This document shows, in pieces, positions 1 to 11,924 of a stretch of 64,000 nt of DNA. Positions within the stretch are counted from its first letter, which is position 1; each line of letters starts with the position of its first letter. The stretch spans positions 558,001 to 622,000 of the forward strand of contig NC_090598.1 of NCBI RefSeq assembly GCF_000497125.1, in the 5' to 3' direction. This DNA comes from Spironucleus salmonicida. Lineage: Eukaryota. The notes under the pieces were generated by a model. That model worked only from the letters and a program-made list of their open reading frames with translations. It searched no databases and was not told where the DNA came from. The translations under genes and the position numbers were made by a program.

Positions 1-47
1 CTTGACGAATTATCGTCCAAGGAAAATTCAGAAAAAGACGAAGTCAT
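1..47 (-). CDS. Possible 5' end of a gene running off the window (MTSSFSEFSLDDNSS...)
   Basis: ATG at 47 on the minus strand after an AT-rich stretch; only 15 codons visible. Confidence 0.3.
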   Translation of the reverse strand, partial: MTSSFSEFSLDDNSS

Positions 48-226
48 TTATAAAATTATTTTATTAGTTTTGCATAATTTAATGTATAAAAGATATATAA
101 TTAATATTCTATAGTATTGAGTCAAGTAAATAAATCAAATTTTATTATACAATTTATTTGCTATTTTCAACATATTGCCCAAGGAGTACCAAATTATATA
201 TATTGATCGAATTGAATTTCCCAAAA

Positions 227-547
227 ATGGGTTCTACGGCAACTTAACAATTACCAGATATAGGGATACCTCTTAATGAGCGAAAGCAGCACCATAGTTA
301 ATTTGTACTCAAAGAACTATACGAGCAGTCGATAGATGCTGCTAAAGTAAAGCAGTTTTAAACGAAACTGAAGCAAAGCGCGAGCTTCAACACCAGCGCA
401 GTTCTACCTCCACAGACCATAACTACGGTGTTCAGCGTTACTAACTTGGTTATGGTGAAGCAGAATAGCATTGCTGGAGCATAAAATTAAGATTTGGATG
501 AAGGAAATAAATTCGATTACAAGAAGTTAGTAGAGGCTGATCTTTGA
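227..547 (+). CDS. Hypothetical protein, 106 aa, possible N-myristoylation (MGSTAT)
   Basis: ATG..TGA open with TAA/TAG=Gln; AAAA before ATG. Confidence 0.6.
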
Positions 548-2154
548 GTTTTTTTACTTATTTACGTAAATTTTTGTATTTCACTCTATATTCTCAGTAA
601 AATGAACGTCTGTCAATGCCGTCAGTCATGTATGCTCACTTGGTGCGCTTCCAGTTGTAATTAGCGTCCAGAGACATTGAATTCTTATAGATTCCACTAA
701 ATTCTCAAGTTTTTGTACAGCTAAGATTTTCCTAGTCTCCTGCTTGGGCCGACTTGGTTATCAGTGTTCAATTATAATAAGGTTAAAGTTAGGCATGGGT
801 TTACCTGGATTAAAAATCTAGCGTCGGGTGTAGTTTTCTTGTGGATTGCACTGAGGTGTAAGATTGGGTGAAATAACATACTTCCACAATAAATTATTGA
901 AAGATAAACGCATTTGTTGATGAAAAGTAATGACAATACTTAGCATGTTTACCTATATACTAATATTTTAAATATTTGAATACTTCATTTGTTGATTTGA
1001 TAGAATCACTAACACCTAATAAAATATATTACTATCATTTTACCTTAAAATTATATAGTTTAATGCTAAAATAATAGTCAGATGTAGAGTTAAAAATTTA
1101 AACCTACACAGTTCTGGAATTTTATGATAATTTCCACAACTATATGGCAGGTTCATGTCATACAATTATTATTATCAATATGATTATGCCATATATTTGC
1201 TAAACTATTGGAAATATATTTATCAAGTGTGATATTAAGGATATGAAGACAATCTTCTATTCTCCTTTGTAGATATAGTTAAAAGTATTTCTAGTTCATG
1301 CCTCACAAAGGGATATAACAGTATAATCTCAAAAATAAAATTATAATGAAAATTAAACTTATATTTTTTCATTATAATAGTGACGTAGTTGTATCGCCAA
1401 TAATTTTTATACTTACTTATAATTAAAAAATTTAATCGATAATAATAAATTTTTATCATATAACAGGATTTTTTTCATTTGATCGGAATATTGATAAAAT
1501 TCAAATATAAATAGATGCATAATATTTCAAGAAGTGATTAATATTTTTGAATAATAGACTAGAAGATATTGCTATAATATTTTATTAATCAGAAGTAAAA
1601 ATACAAATCTTTTTTTAACAAGTTTATAGTATCGCATACTTTAAATATAAAAATACTTCATAATTAATGTTGAGACTATATATATTAATACTGAGTACAC
1701 TTACATTTAGAAAGTATATAACATAATACAGTATAATTATGTAAATTCTAATTTATTTTTAGAAAGCCTAATTTTAAGGACATAAGATAGCAAATTTAGT
1801 GTATTATACTAATATTGTTATTTTCCAATAGTAAAATTTAACTTATTGTTTTATGAACTATATACATCTAATAACATTGTATATAAGCTCATAATTTGAG
1901 TAAATAGAGTCAAAATAATTATTTTAGTATTCTAAGTAAATTAAAACTTAATTTTCTATATATTTCTATAAATGTATTCTATATATGGTATTTCATTTAT
2001 TTCCTGTGATTTACTCATAATATCTAACATAATTCAACACTAAAGTCGACGACTTACCAACTTATTATTTCACTTTTCTCATAAATAATTTTTCATTTTT
2101 AATAAATTTACTATTATTATATAAAAATATATATTATTAAATCATTTCTGCAAA

Positions 2155-4167
2155 ATGTTAGAACCAGCATATATTCTAGAAAAACAAAATAAACAAACAC
2201 CGCAACAAGTAGTTTCTATAAATATGCAAAATCATGCGTTATCTAATATCTAGTCCATTCGTATGTTCACTAGCCTAGTTTCAGTTAATTTTTCACACAA
2301 TGCCATTTCTCAAGCAAATGACTTATTATCCTTACTAAATCTAAGATCAATTGACCTCTCATACAATTAACTTTCCTCTTTCATCGCTATTCCATCATTA
2401 CCGTAACTAGAAGCACTAAATTTAAAGCGTAATAGTCTATTTCTGCTTCAGCTCAACGGTTGCGGGCAACTGCGTGAACTAGATGTTTCTGACAATTAGC
2501 TATCCGTATTAGATGGGATATAGACGTGTTAGAAGCTTGAAGTTCTCAATATTTAATGGAATCAGATTTAGGATTTGACTCAGTTCAATTTTTTATAAAA
2601 AACACAAATCAAAGAAATTTATACCAAGGGCAATACCGTCGAAGCAGAAGCTCTTTTTGAGGCTAAACTGAAGGAAATGATACATAGTTTGATTTTCGTT
2701 AACGGAAAAACGGTAAATTATTCGAATGTAAATCAGGAGCGAAAAGTTAAATTTAATACCGAATATGAAGATTCAAGAAATGAATCAAATAGTTATTAAG
2801 GGAATTAATAACAATTCCAGCACTAATATCAACAGCCGTATGCATAAGGATTTACGCCAAATTCATAAATTTCGAATTAGATATTACGTTTAGAAGATAG
2901 AATATTTATGTTAGAATAATAGAATATGCGTATGCAAGATTTAGTTATGTAATTGTTACAAAAATAGCAGCTTCAAGTTCAATATGTGCCTTAATAAGTT
3001 CAATATCAGCCATAATATTAGCCCTAATAACCGTAAGCTATAGATTTGAATTTAATTAATTAACTAATTTAGTAACAAATTTCTACGAGCAAACCAGTTT
3101 AAGAAATCTCTCAAACTATTGGTCTACCAATTTCACCTACAAAATAGTAAGTGCATCCTACAAACTAAACGCAATTAACTCAACAAACAATAGAAAATTC
3201 ATGCATTACAAGAGCCCCAATCTAGCAGATTCAGTAACAAGGAAATTTAAATACCGACGAAAAGATCATCAACTCCTTAGTGTCAACCATTCATATTGTA
3301 AAATCTGGGTCAGACTCCTCAATTAACGAGTAGAAACTGACTGAAAAATCAATGAGTCGTGAAGAAGTTAGTGAAAAATGCCCTAAAACAGCAGTTTAGC
3401 TGACGGAAAAAAGTGCTAGTCAACACGTCACAGATTATGAGCTTGAAGAAAATGAACAAAATATATCTTTAAATTAATCAACTTCTAGTGTAAAAGGCAT
3501 CAATTACATTTATTAAAAGGCATAACAGCAGCTAGAATAGCCTTAATAACATTTTTCAAAACCACCTGTAGTTATTTAAGACGAAGATAATACACTTAAT
3601 AACTCATCAATTTCATCACTTTACGTGAACAAAACTGACCAACATAAGGACAATGATTCCCCATCGTTTAACTCGCTAATTTCTAATGACGAACAACCCA
3701 TTTACGTCGTAAAACCGATAAAACCAGTCATGATAGAGTCCAGTTCAGGCCTATCAACGAAAATGACGCCTCCAAAACCTGCAAAAATCGTCAAAAATTA
3801 GCCAGAAAAGGCCTCCTCATCTTCTTTAGACCTAGACCAGATCTCCCTGGGCTCCATCGGGCGATCCTCCCTCTCCAAAAACACTCAAAAAATTCCAGTA
3901 AATCTCCTCTCAGACTCGGAAAGTGAAAAGCCCCGATAAGGAAATAACGAAAAATTTTAGGAGCGAAAAGTTGAATTATCAGATGATTTGAGCTTTAACA
4001 GCATGAGCAGCAAAAAACAAAATACGAAGCCAGCGCTGTCCTTCTTGAATTCTGCCAACTCAACGAATTCGACGGCATTCCGGCCCAAAACGGCAGGCCG
4101 ATTTAATCTGAACAAAGTCGAAGGCAGCGAGGACCTCGATTTGGACGACTGGACCGACGACGTTTGA
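2155..4167 (+). CDS. Leucine-rich repeat protein with long Q/S-rich tail, ~670 aa
   Basis: LRRs LVSVNFSHNAI, LRSIDLSYNQL, LEALNLKRNSL, LRELDVSDNQL, LEVLNIQWNQI; start and TGA in the same frame. Confidence 0.9.
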
Positions 4168-4217
4168 GAAGTGAAAAATATATATTAGAATATAATAATC
4201 GAATTATTTTTCTGACA

Positions 4218-4862
4218 ATGCAAACAGAAAAAACTAATTTTCAGAAAATGGTAGACGGGGACAAATATAACAGTTTTGACGAGAATCTTTGGGCTATTTA
4301 GGGTAAATGTTGGTAATTGTGCAAGAAATATAACGAATTTGATCCAACTACTATTTATACGGAAAAAGCACCGAGATTGCTTATTCAGCAGATTGTTGGG
4401 TCTATACGTGGTAGGTGTGTTCTAGCATAGAATATTAAGTTCGATTTTGGTGTAAATATTCACTTTGGGTACAACTTCTTCGGAAATTCAAATTTAACGA
4501 TCTTGGACTCCTGCCCTGTTACATTTGGTGACGATGTACTTGTGGGACCAAATACATCAATTTATACAGTTAACCATCCTATGTGTGCAGTATAGCGCTC
4601 TACTTCACGTCTTTTGCAAGGTAAACCAGTTAAAATTGGCAGCAGGGTTTGGATTGGTGGTAGCGTGGTTATCCTTCCAGGTGTTGTATTAGGGGATGGT
4701 TGCGTTGTTGCTGCAGGTAGTGTGGTCACAAAAAGCTTCGAAACTAACTCACTCATTGGTGGAAATCCGGCTAGATTAATTAGAACAATTGACTAGGAAG
4801 CAGAATATGATACTAGCTGGGATAACTTTGAATCAGGTAATCCTGAAATTGAGATAATATGA
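4218..4862 (+). CDS. Maltose/galactoside O-acetyltransferase family (hexapeptide repeat), 214 aa
   Basis: [12 protein letters not shown]-terminus; [65 protein letters not shown]. Confidence 0.92.
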
Positions 4863-4893
4863 TTTTTATATTTATTGAAGTATATAAAATAAA

Positions 4894-5775
4894 ATGGATC
4901 AGTTTATTTCTGTTTCTGACTCATTTCCACATATAGAAAACGGTGAAATTGTGGCATTTCGACCTCATTTAAAACGCCTATTTGAGCTTAGTGGCAATTT
5001 TAAGAGAGAACAAAAAGTTTCATTTCCACATTCATTTTGCGGTATGAATTTCGTTAAAAATCATTATTTTCCACCTTTAGCAGAGCGATATTATACGGGA
5101 AATTCACTGGAATTTTCATTTCCTGCTCCTTTAATTAAAAGCTTTGGGGTAACATTTTGGAACGAAAAGGTCATAATTTGTGATGCGAATCAGCTCAAAA
5201 TAATAGGCGTATCAGAGTTAAAGGACTTTACTGGCTACTTTCAAATTTTTGGAAGGGCAGAAAAACTTGTTTTCTGTGATGGAAATCTCGCTATTTTCGA
5301 TGGTGAAAACGTCGTAGAATTCGGAAAATTTGGAAAATTTTTATTATGTTATTAATAGTATATAATATTTGATAATAATAAAGTTTTAGATTTGGACAAT
5401 CTTGTAGTTGCAGTTTTAAACATTGATTTATAAACTCTTATTAATATTGTTATAGTTTAGGACCGAATTTATGCCCAAAATGAGGTATTTAGGGATATTT
5501 TTGACTATTTTTTAGTAGTGCATAGGATCGATTTTCACTCTCTCAAATTTCTTGAAATACAATCTCTGAAGACTATTAAAGTTGAAGCGGCTTCTGAAAC
5601 TGAAGGATGGTAGTGTTGTCTGGAGTGTTAAAAAGTACACAATTAGACACCGTTGTTAATAGAAGAAAAATCAGCAGTGTTGACTTCTTCCATAGTTTCT
5701 GAGAATATAAAATTCGTAGAAATTAATAGAAATAAAAAGCCGTCTAGAAAGGGGTGGTTCTGTCGCTGCTTCTGA
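4894..5775 (+). CDS. Hypothetical protein, 293 aa, basic/Cys C-terminus (RKGWFCRCF)
   Basis: Supplied ORF 4894-5355 continues through TAA/TAG to TGA at 5773. Confidence 0.75.
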
Positions 5776-5786
5776 ATATTTAATTG

Positions 5787-5915
5787 TCACTCCGGGAGCC
5801 GATCTAGATGGCTTTTGGGCGCGCTAGCCGCTTTGGACTCCTCTGGAAAAGGGGTTGTTATATGTTCATATCTGTCATCGTTATTTGCAGAATTTAATGT
5901 AAAAAGATTCTCCAT
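5787..5915 (-). CDS. Small ORF, 42 aa (MENLFTLNSANNDDRYEH...)
   Basis: TAAAATG start, GAG-TGA (AGTGA) end, higher GC than flanks. Confidence 0.4.
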   Translation of the reverse strand: MENLFTLNSANNDDRYEHITTPFPEESKAASAPKSHLDRLPE

Positions 5916-6128
5916 TTTAAGACGATTTAAAAAAATTGACTTAATAATTATATGGTTGTATACGTTTTATTTTTGTAGGGTCGTAAATCTTAATAAGGAT
6001 TTGGGCCCTATTTCCCACAATATTTAATTTGAATACATGTAAAATACGCTATTTTATTATAATTAAAAATACTATTTATCACGTTTTAATATAATATAAA
6101 TATTAAATAATAATAGTAGTTTCAATTT

Positions 6129-6638
6129 TCACCAACCCATATTTTCAATTTATCGCTCCCGTTAATATCTTCGGCCTTTGTGAAACTCTGCCGTGTGGTT
6201 TAGCCCAGTTTTTGGTCTCAAGCTCGACATTAATAAATTATGTTCTTAAACTTATCTTTACGGGGTTTAACAGGTTCTTACAGGGCTTGATGACATCTTC
6301 GATAGAGTCTACTTAAAGATTGAACTCTGATCTTGCAACTTTTGAATTCGCAAGAATTTACTATCGACTTTTTGGACGCTACTGTCCCACTCCTTAGAAG
6401 GAAGCTTGTGCCGTTTCGGCGTAAGCATCTGTACCTGATCCAACACGAATGGAGACTAATATAACGACCATTTATTACGTTGTTTCTAGTAGGATTATTA
6501 TATTTTTGTTTATTAGGATTCGTGGTCTTATAGGTTACTAAGAGTAATTTACCGTGTCTTTTAGTACGTTTTGAGAGGCGAATATGGTTAAATTAAAGGT
6601 CTTTAAGTTGTATTAGGGTTTCCTAATGAGTTGTGCAT
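6129..6638 (-). CDS. Hypothetical protein, 169 aa (MHNSLGNPNTTQRP...)
   Basis: Open frame under the Gln code; an overlapping frame 6145-6654 is also open. Confidence 0.55.
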
Positions 6639-6736
6639 TTTTGGCGGTTATCATTTTAAATAATATAATAACCATTATTCATTATTTTACAGAAACTGTA
6701 AATTAGTATTATATAAATATAATAATATTTATTAAA

Positions 6737-7351
6737 ATGTTCGCCCAGCTATTGGAAAAGACGAAGAAGGAGGAGGCGAACCTGGTGATCTTCAAGGCGA
6801 TGGTGGCGGAGCAGAAGAAGCAGAAGGACGAGGAGGACAAACGCCAGGAAACAGCGTTTTACGAGGACTTCGAGCTGGAGCTGTTCGATGCGGAGAAGCA
6901 GCAGAAGGAGCGCAAGACCTAGCTGGCAACGGGGACGGCATTCCACCGCATCCCGTCCCGCAACAAGCAGCGCACGCAGCGCCAGATCCAGTCCCTGGTG
7001 CCGCAGGAGCGCATCGTGAACAAGTGGTCGCCGGAGGACGTGGCGGCCCTGCGCGAGAACATCCGGCAGGTGGGGCTCAACATCAACTTCCTGCACATCC
7101 TGATGCCAGAGCGCACCCAGAATGCAATCAAGGCGCGCATACGCCTCGAGAACCCTCACGAGATCACCGAGCTGGCGCGCCAGTGCCGGGAGATCCCGGA
7201 GCACGTGCGCCAGGTGTACGCGCAGCTGGGCCGGCGGCACGGGGCGCTCGACCTGGACCTAGACCTTTCGGAGTACGAGCACCAGCGCGAGGAGCAGGCG
7301 GGAATGGCGGAGGAGGTGCGGGACCTGGTGGGAGAGTTCGAGGGCTGGTGA
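6737..7351 (+). CDS. Myb/SANT-domain protein resembling TFIIIB Bdp1 SANT, 204 aa (copy 1)
   Basis: Supplied ORFs 6737 and 6998 join through [47 protein letters not shown]. Confidence 0.75.
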
Positions 7352-7470
7352 GCGCGGCGTGAATTTTTAGATTTAAGGAGGGAAAGGGAAAAGCTAGTGG
7401 AAGGGGTGAAATACCCGTATATACACATATAAAGGATAATCCCCACCCGGCTGCGAACGCCCATTCCTCA

Positions 7471-7704
7471 ATGTAGATCTTCGTTAAAACTCTCACCGGA
7501 AAAAACATCACCCTCGACGTCGAGCCCACCGAAACCATCCAGTCGCTCAAGGCCAAGATCCAGGACAAGGAGGCCATCCCTCCTGACCAGCAACGTCTTA
7601 TCTTCGCGGGTAAGCAGCTCGAGGACAACCGCACGCTCTCCGACTACAACATCCAGAAGGAGTCCACCATCCACCTCGTACTCCGTCTCAGAGGAGGCCA
7701 GTGA
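7471..7704 (+). CDS. Ubiquitin monomer with one extra C-terminal Gln (copy 1)
   Basis: [77 protein letters not shown]; codon 2 is TAG. Confidence 0.99.
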
Positions 7705-7706
7705 AT
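7700..7706 (+). terminator. Polyadenylation signal AGTGAAT overlapping the ubiquitin stop codon (representative instance)
   Basis: Matches the diplomonad AGTRAAY-type signal; NAG-TGA ends recur in many genes here. Confidence 0.6.
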
Positions 7707-7765
7707 GACGGTAATTTTCTTAGCACAACTAGTATCATATGTATAGTATACAATTCGAATCACCC

Positions 7766-8030
7766 ATGCCTCTCCAAATGCAGGTTACCACGGCCGCATT
7801 CTTGGCCCAGCACCACACCACCGAGCAGGACGCCAGTGCGCTCTCCGTCTACGAGATGATGTTCCGGTTCAAATTCCCGCACCGCCTCGCCGTGAAGCTA
7901 CACACGCTCCTCAACCCTAGGATTCCCATCAACTCACCTACCGCCAAACCGTTTGCGGAGATCCTTCAGCCTCGGTTGCGCTCTGTGATCTCCGCCCCAG
8001 ATCTGGCGCTTCTCTCCCCGCTGCTGAAGT
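7766..8030 (+). pseudogene. 5' fragment of the 16800-17654 gene, cut at the IR1 boundary
   Basis: Identical to the first ~88 codons of the full copy, then runs into AT-rich intergenic DNA. Confidence 0.75.
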
Positions 8031-8268
8031 AGTTCAAAGTTTTTAATATTATATTTTAGTCTGTAAATTTATTTACCTATTACTGTATAAGAATAATAAG
8101 TTTATATCTTTTTAACGTATAACTGTACGACAATATTTTGATTAACGCTAAAATAAATTATTCATTTTATATTGACAAAAGATTAAAAAGTTATACTATT
8201 AACAACAAAACAACAAATATATATTTAAATCTATATTATTAAATAATTAGAAAATACATTTCTTAAAA

Positions 8269-9744
8269 ATGGAACGATAATACGTTGGGGAAACCAAGCT
8301 ACGTCATCTTATTTTATTCAATATCGTCTCGTAGCTTGCCTGGAAATTCGATGAATAATCTATTTCATAACAACTTCCATATATTTAAGAATACTATAAA
8401 ATAGAGCCAATTGTGTCTTAATGGTACTCAACTACATTCTTTCTAGCCTAAGCTGCAGCTGCCATCCCTCTTGCGAAGTTTGGCGAGCGATTTGGATAGC
8501 CGTTAGTTTTACGTATATGCTATGGTCTATTTAGTATAGTCCAAATTGCTTAATTTTTTATAACAAACTATCCTTTATTGATTGTTTTCAGAGTTTTTGC
8601 AGGTATTTTGATTGCTGGAGCAGTTAGTAACAAAAATGGTCTTGTCACTAAGTTTCCTAATTAGGCAGAAAGTGGTAAATCTATTTCCATTTCAATTTTG
8701 ATTACTAATATTAATGCTATTTTCATACCTTTTATTTCTGGTATTTTAATTGATAAGCTATTTTTCGGCTATATAAACTTAATAGCTGGTATTTTTGCTT
8801 TTATCTCAATGGTTGCAAGCTTCTAATTCATCAATAATCCTGTCAGGACAAGCAAACATTTTGACTTGTTGGGTGGACTTTTTATCACAGTAGCAATCGC
8901 TAGCACTTGTTCATTTTTCGTTATAATAGCAATGAACTAATATTATTATTTAATTTTAGTAACTTTTACTGGAATTCTTGGTGGATCTTTGTTTTATGTA
9001 GTAGAAAAGCGTGCTGAAGACCCTATTTTACCTTTAGATTTACTTAAAAATCCGGTTTCAGATTTGCTCATACTTTATGCATTAAATTATGTCAATTAAG
9101 GTGGAATTACTTTTATTTACCCTCAAGTTATGCGAAAACTCAATATTTCATCTGGAACTATTGGGATTGTAAATATGATCAGTGGAATTATATTAGTTAT
9201 TTTCAGTATTATCATACCAAAAGTTCAGACAAAAGTCGCCAATTGGACGTCTTTAGTTGTTCTTAATTCAGTAATTATTTTGTTAATTAGCTTGAATTGC
9301 TTTTTTATGACAATGTTTTACGGTCATTCAGTGCTTTATGGAACTTCTAATGTTGCATTTATGACAATCTAGATGATTTCATACAAAATGTTGTTGATGT
9401 CTGTAGAATAAGGGGACGCTTCAAAGGTCTCTGGATTTCCTACTGTGGCCAGATCTGTCGGAAATAGTATTTCTTTAGCCTTGTTTGCAAGCATTGAGAG
9501 CGTTGTCACATAAAATGTGCCGTAGTCTTAATAAGATTGGGGCTATAGGGGTGGGTTTATAGCAATTATATGCATCGTTTTTGTCGAAATTGGTATAACA
9601 ATTTGCAGAATTGGAAACAGAGAGCAAGAGAGGGGTAAATTTGGGTTTAAAGTAAAGCTTCTCCGAGAATTAAAGAAGTATAAAATCCTATAGGATAACG
9701 ATAACCATTAGGAAGATATATCTAGCCAGCATTTGTAATTGTGA
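8269..9744 (+). CDS. MFS transporter, DHA2/EmrB-QacA-like, 491 aa
   Basis: Motif-A-like PLAKFGERFG, FRVFAG, FDLLGGL, VEKRAEDPILPLDLLKN; many hydrophobic segments. Confidence 0.88.
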
Positions 9745-9825
9745 TATAGAACGTGAACATTCATTTACTAATAATATTATAAATAGTATATTATATTCAA
9801 TAAATTTCATTTCCATTCTATCTAA

Positions 9826-10485
9826 ATGAACTTTGCTGAATCTTCTGATACACCACCACCACCTACATATCTTACCTACTAAGATTTAAAAATTCGTCTT
9901 ATTCCTGATCATTCACTATGGGGACATGTATTATGGAACGCTTCAAAGTTTATTTGTGAAAAAATATAAAATAAAACAATCAATGTTTAAAACAAGACAG
10001 TATTAGAATTTGGTGCTGGTGCAGCTATTCCTTGTATTTATTCTGCAAAATATGGTGCTTAAAAAGTAGTCGCAACAGACTTTCCAGAATTTGAAATTTT
10101 AGAAAATATTTAATATAATATGAAAAATAACAATGTTACGGTTGAAGTATTACCATTATTATGGGGAGACACTATTAACTAATAATTTGATATAATATTT
10201 TTGTGTGACCTTATCTTTAACCATAATGAACATGATAATCTAGCAAAATCCACTTTTAAACTTCTAAAAGATAATGGCACTGCATATTGCACATTTTCTC
10301 ATCATTAACCAAATAAAACTTTAAATGATTTGAATTTTTTTGATATATGTAAAGTTAACAGGCTTAAGTGTGAGTATATCAGCCAAGAAAATTATGGGAG
10401 AATGTTCCCAGAAGATGATCTTAAGTACTAAAACTATGCTTAAGAAGGTAGAGAAAATGTTTATTTTTGGAAAATAACGAAATGA
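9826..10485 (+). CDS. EFM7/NNT1-like SAM-dependent protein methyltransferase, 219 aa
   Basis: HSLWGHVLWNAS, KTVLEFGAGAAIP, VVATDFP, LLWG, LCDLIFNHNEH. Confidence 0.9.
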
Positions 10486-10850
10486 GTTATTATTTAATTT
10501 TATTGTTTTATATAGATGCTTATATCTTTAAGAGTAAATTATTAGCCTATTTAAAAAGCATAGAGTCTATTTTACTTATAGTATAATACAACTTTATGTA
10601 TTAGTCAATTAATATTTACCCTTAAATTCTTATTTCATAATATATAATATTAGTGTCATTGAAATATGAGCATAGTATCACCCCCACCGTATAACTTGCA
10701 CCAGATATTAACAATTATACAAATGTAGTAAATAGTATAGCAGCTAGCATTATATTCAAAGTATGTTATATTTAAATATATTCTATAGTTTTTAATTATA
10801 ATTTAGTATACATAAATTTTATTATTATATTATTTATTAGTGACTTTATT

Positions 10851-10858
10851 TCATTCCT
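10851..10858 (+). promoter_or_regulatory. Initiator-like element TCATTCCT before the ATG (representative instance)
   Basis: Same or similar motif at 2142, 9807, 18731, 45357, 52460 and before several minus-strand ATGs. Confidence 0.55.
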
Positions 10859-10867
10859 AAAAAATAA

Positions 10868-11293
10868 ATGCAATCATACCCTTCTATTTGCCCATTTTGT
10901 GCTTATAGTTCACCATCACCACCCACATTCGATCTACATACCTGCTATATACCTACTTTAGAGTCATTTGCTTGTTCGCATTGTGATGCTGCATTTGCAC
11001 GTCGCTCAGATCTTGAATCACACATCTTGGGATCCCATTCAAATATTTTTACATGTGAAATATGTCAAAAGTAGTTCCGTTAACGTTGTCATTTATAGGC
11101 ACACATGGCATTGCATACTGGTGACAAGCGTTTTATCTGTTAAATATGTGAAAAAGCCTTCGCACGACGGGACACTTTAGATGTTCATATGAAAGTTCAT
11201 AGTGAAGAACGAGAATATGTTTGCAGTGTTTGTTGTGGAAAATTTAAATAGAAAGGCCATTTATAGAGGCATATGAGTGTGCATGAAAAGTGA
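10868..11293 (+). CDS. C2H2 zinc-finger protein, 4 canonical fingers, 141 aa
   Basis: CSHC..H..H, CEIC..HMALH-TGDKRF-ICQIC..HMKVH, CSVC..HMSVH. Confidence 0.93.
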
Positions 11294-11924
11294 GTTTGAC
11301 AAATAATGTAATAAAAATTACTGATAAAGATACACTTATATCTGAATTACTAAATATTATTATATGACTATATAAATAGATATATTTCAATTTAAGATAC
11401 TACAGAAAATTGCCAAAACAAGAGGTTTATTATAATATTCCGTCGTACATTATACTAAATTTATATTAAATCGAGTACTAATATCAGATTATTATTGGTA
11501 TATTGAAACATAAGTTATAGTTAATTCAAACATAACTTAAATCCTGACAAAGTAAAGTAAAATTCTTTATACTTAAGGAACTTATATAGTTTTAATGGAA
11601 TAATGGATAATAAATTAAAAATTATTTTTATGGTTTTTATAATATGAGGATTTATCATTCTGTTAGTAAGCAAATAATTAACATAGTTTTTTAACCATAT
11701 ATTTTTTATAAACAAAAAAAATAGTAAAGTTTTTGATATATAATAATGATATAAAAATAAATTTTATTATATCTTTTAAGTGGTATTTAAATAAACAACT
11801 AAACTGAAACATACAATATACATTATTATCATAATTCACGATCACAAGAAATTATAATTAATTCAATAATAAAATCAATTCATTTTTTAATATAATCATA
11901 TATAGCTTTTCGATATTGTGTAAA

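Larger units (their letters stand above)
6735..8030 (+). repeat. Inverted repeat IR1, left arm (1296 bp); partner 17390-18685
   Basis: Reverse-complement match (coordinate sum 25420); identical ORF translations and intergenic sequence where compared. Confidence 0.97.

Noticed and set aside
560-960. Moderately GC stretch that might be a minus-strand gene
   Set aside because: No convincing ATG-to-TGA frame or motif; possible relic
1235-1459. Short AT-rich supplied ORFs (also 11521-11715, 21034-21243, 25009-25299, 26475-26735, 57243-57428)
   Set aside because: End in TAA/TAG, which are not stops here; either intergenic composition or antisense to real genes
6145-6654. Second open frame overlapping the 6129-6638 gene
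   Set aside because: Long open frames arise by chance with a single stop; no independent support for dual coding
6749-7674. Overlapping supplied ORFs in IR1, including the 68 aa [21 protein letters not shown]
   Set aside because: Antisense or shifted shadows of the GC-rich Myb-like and ubiquitin genes
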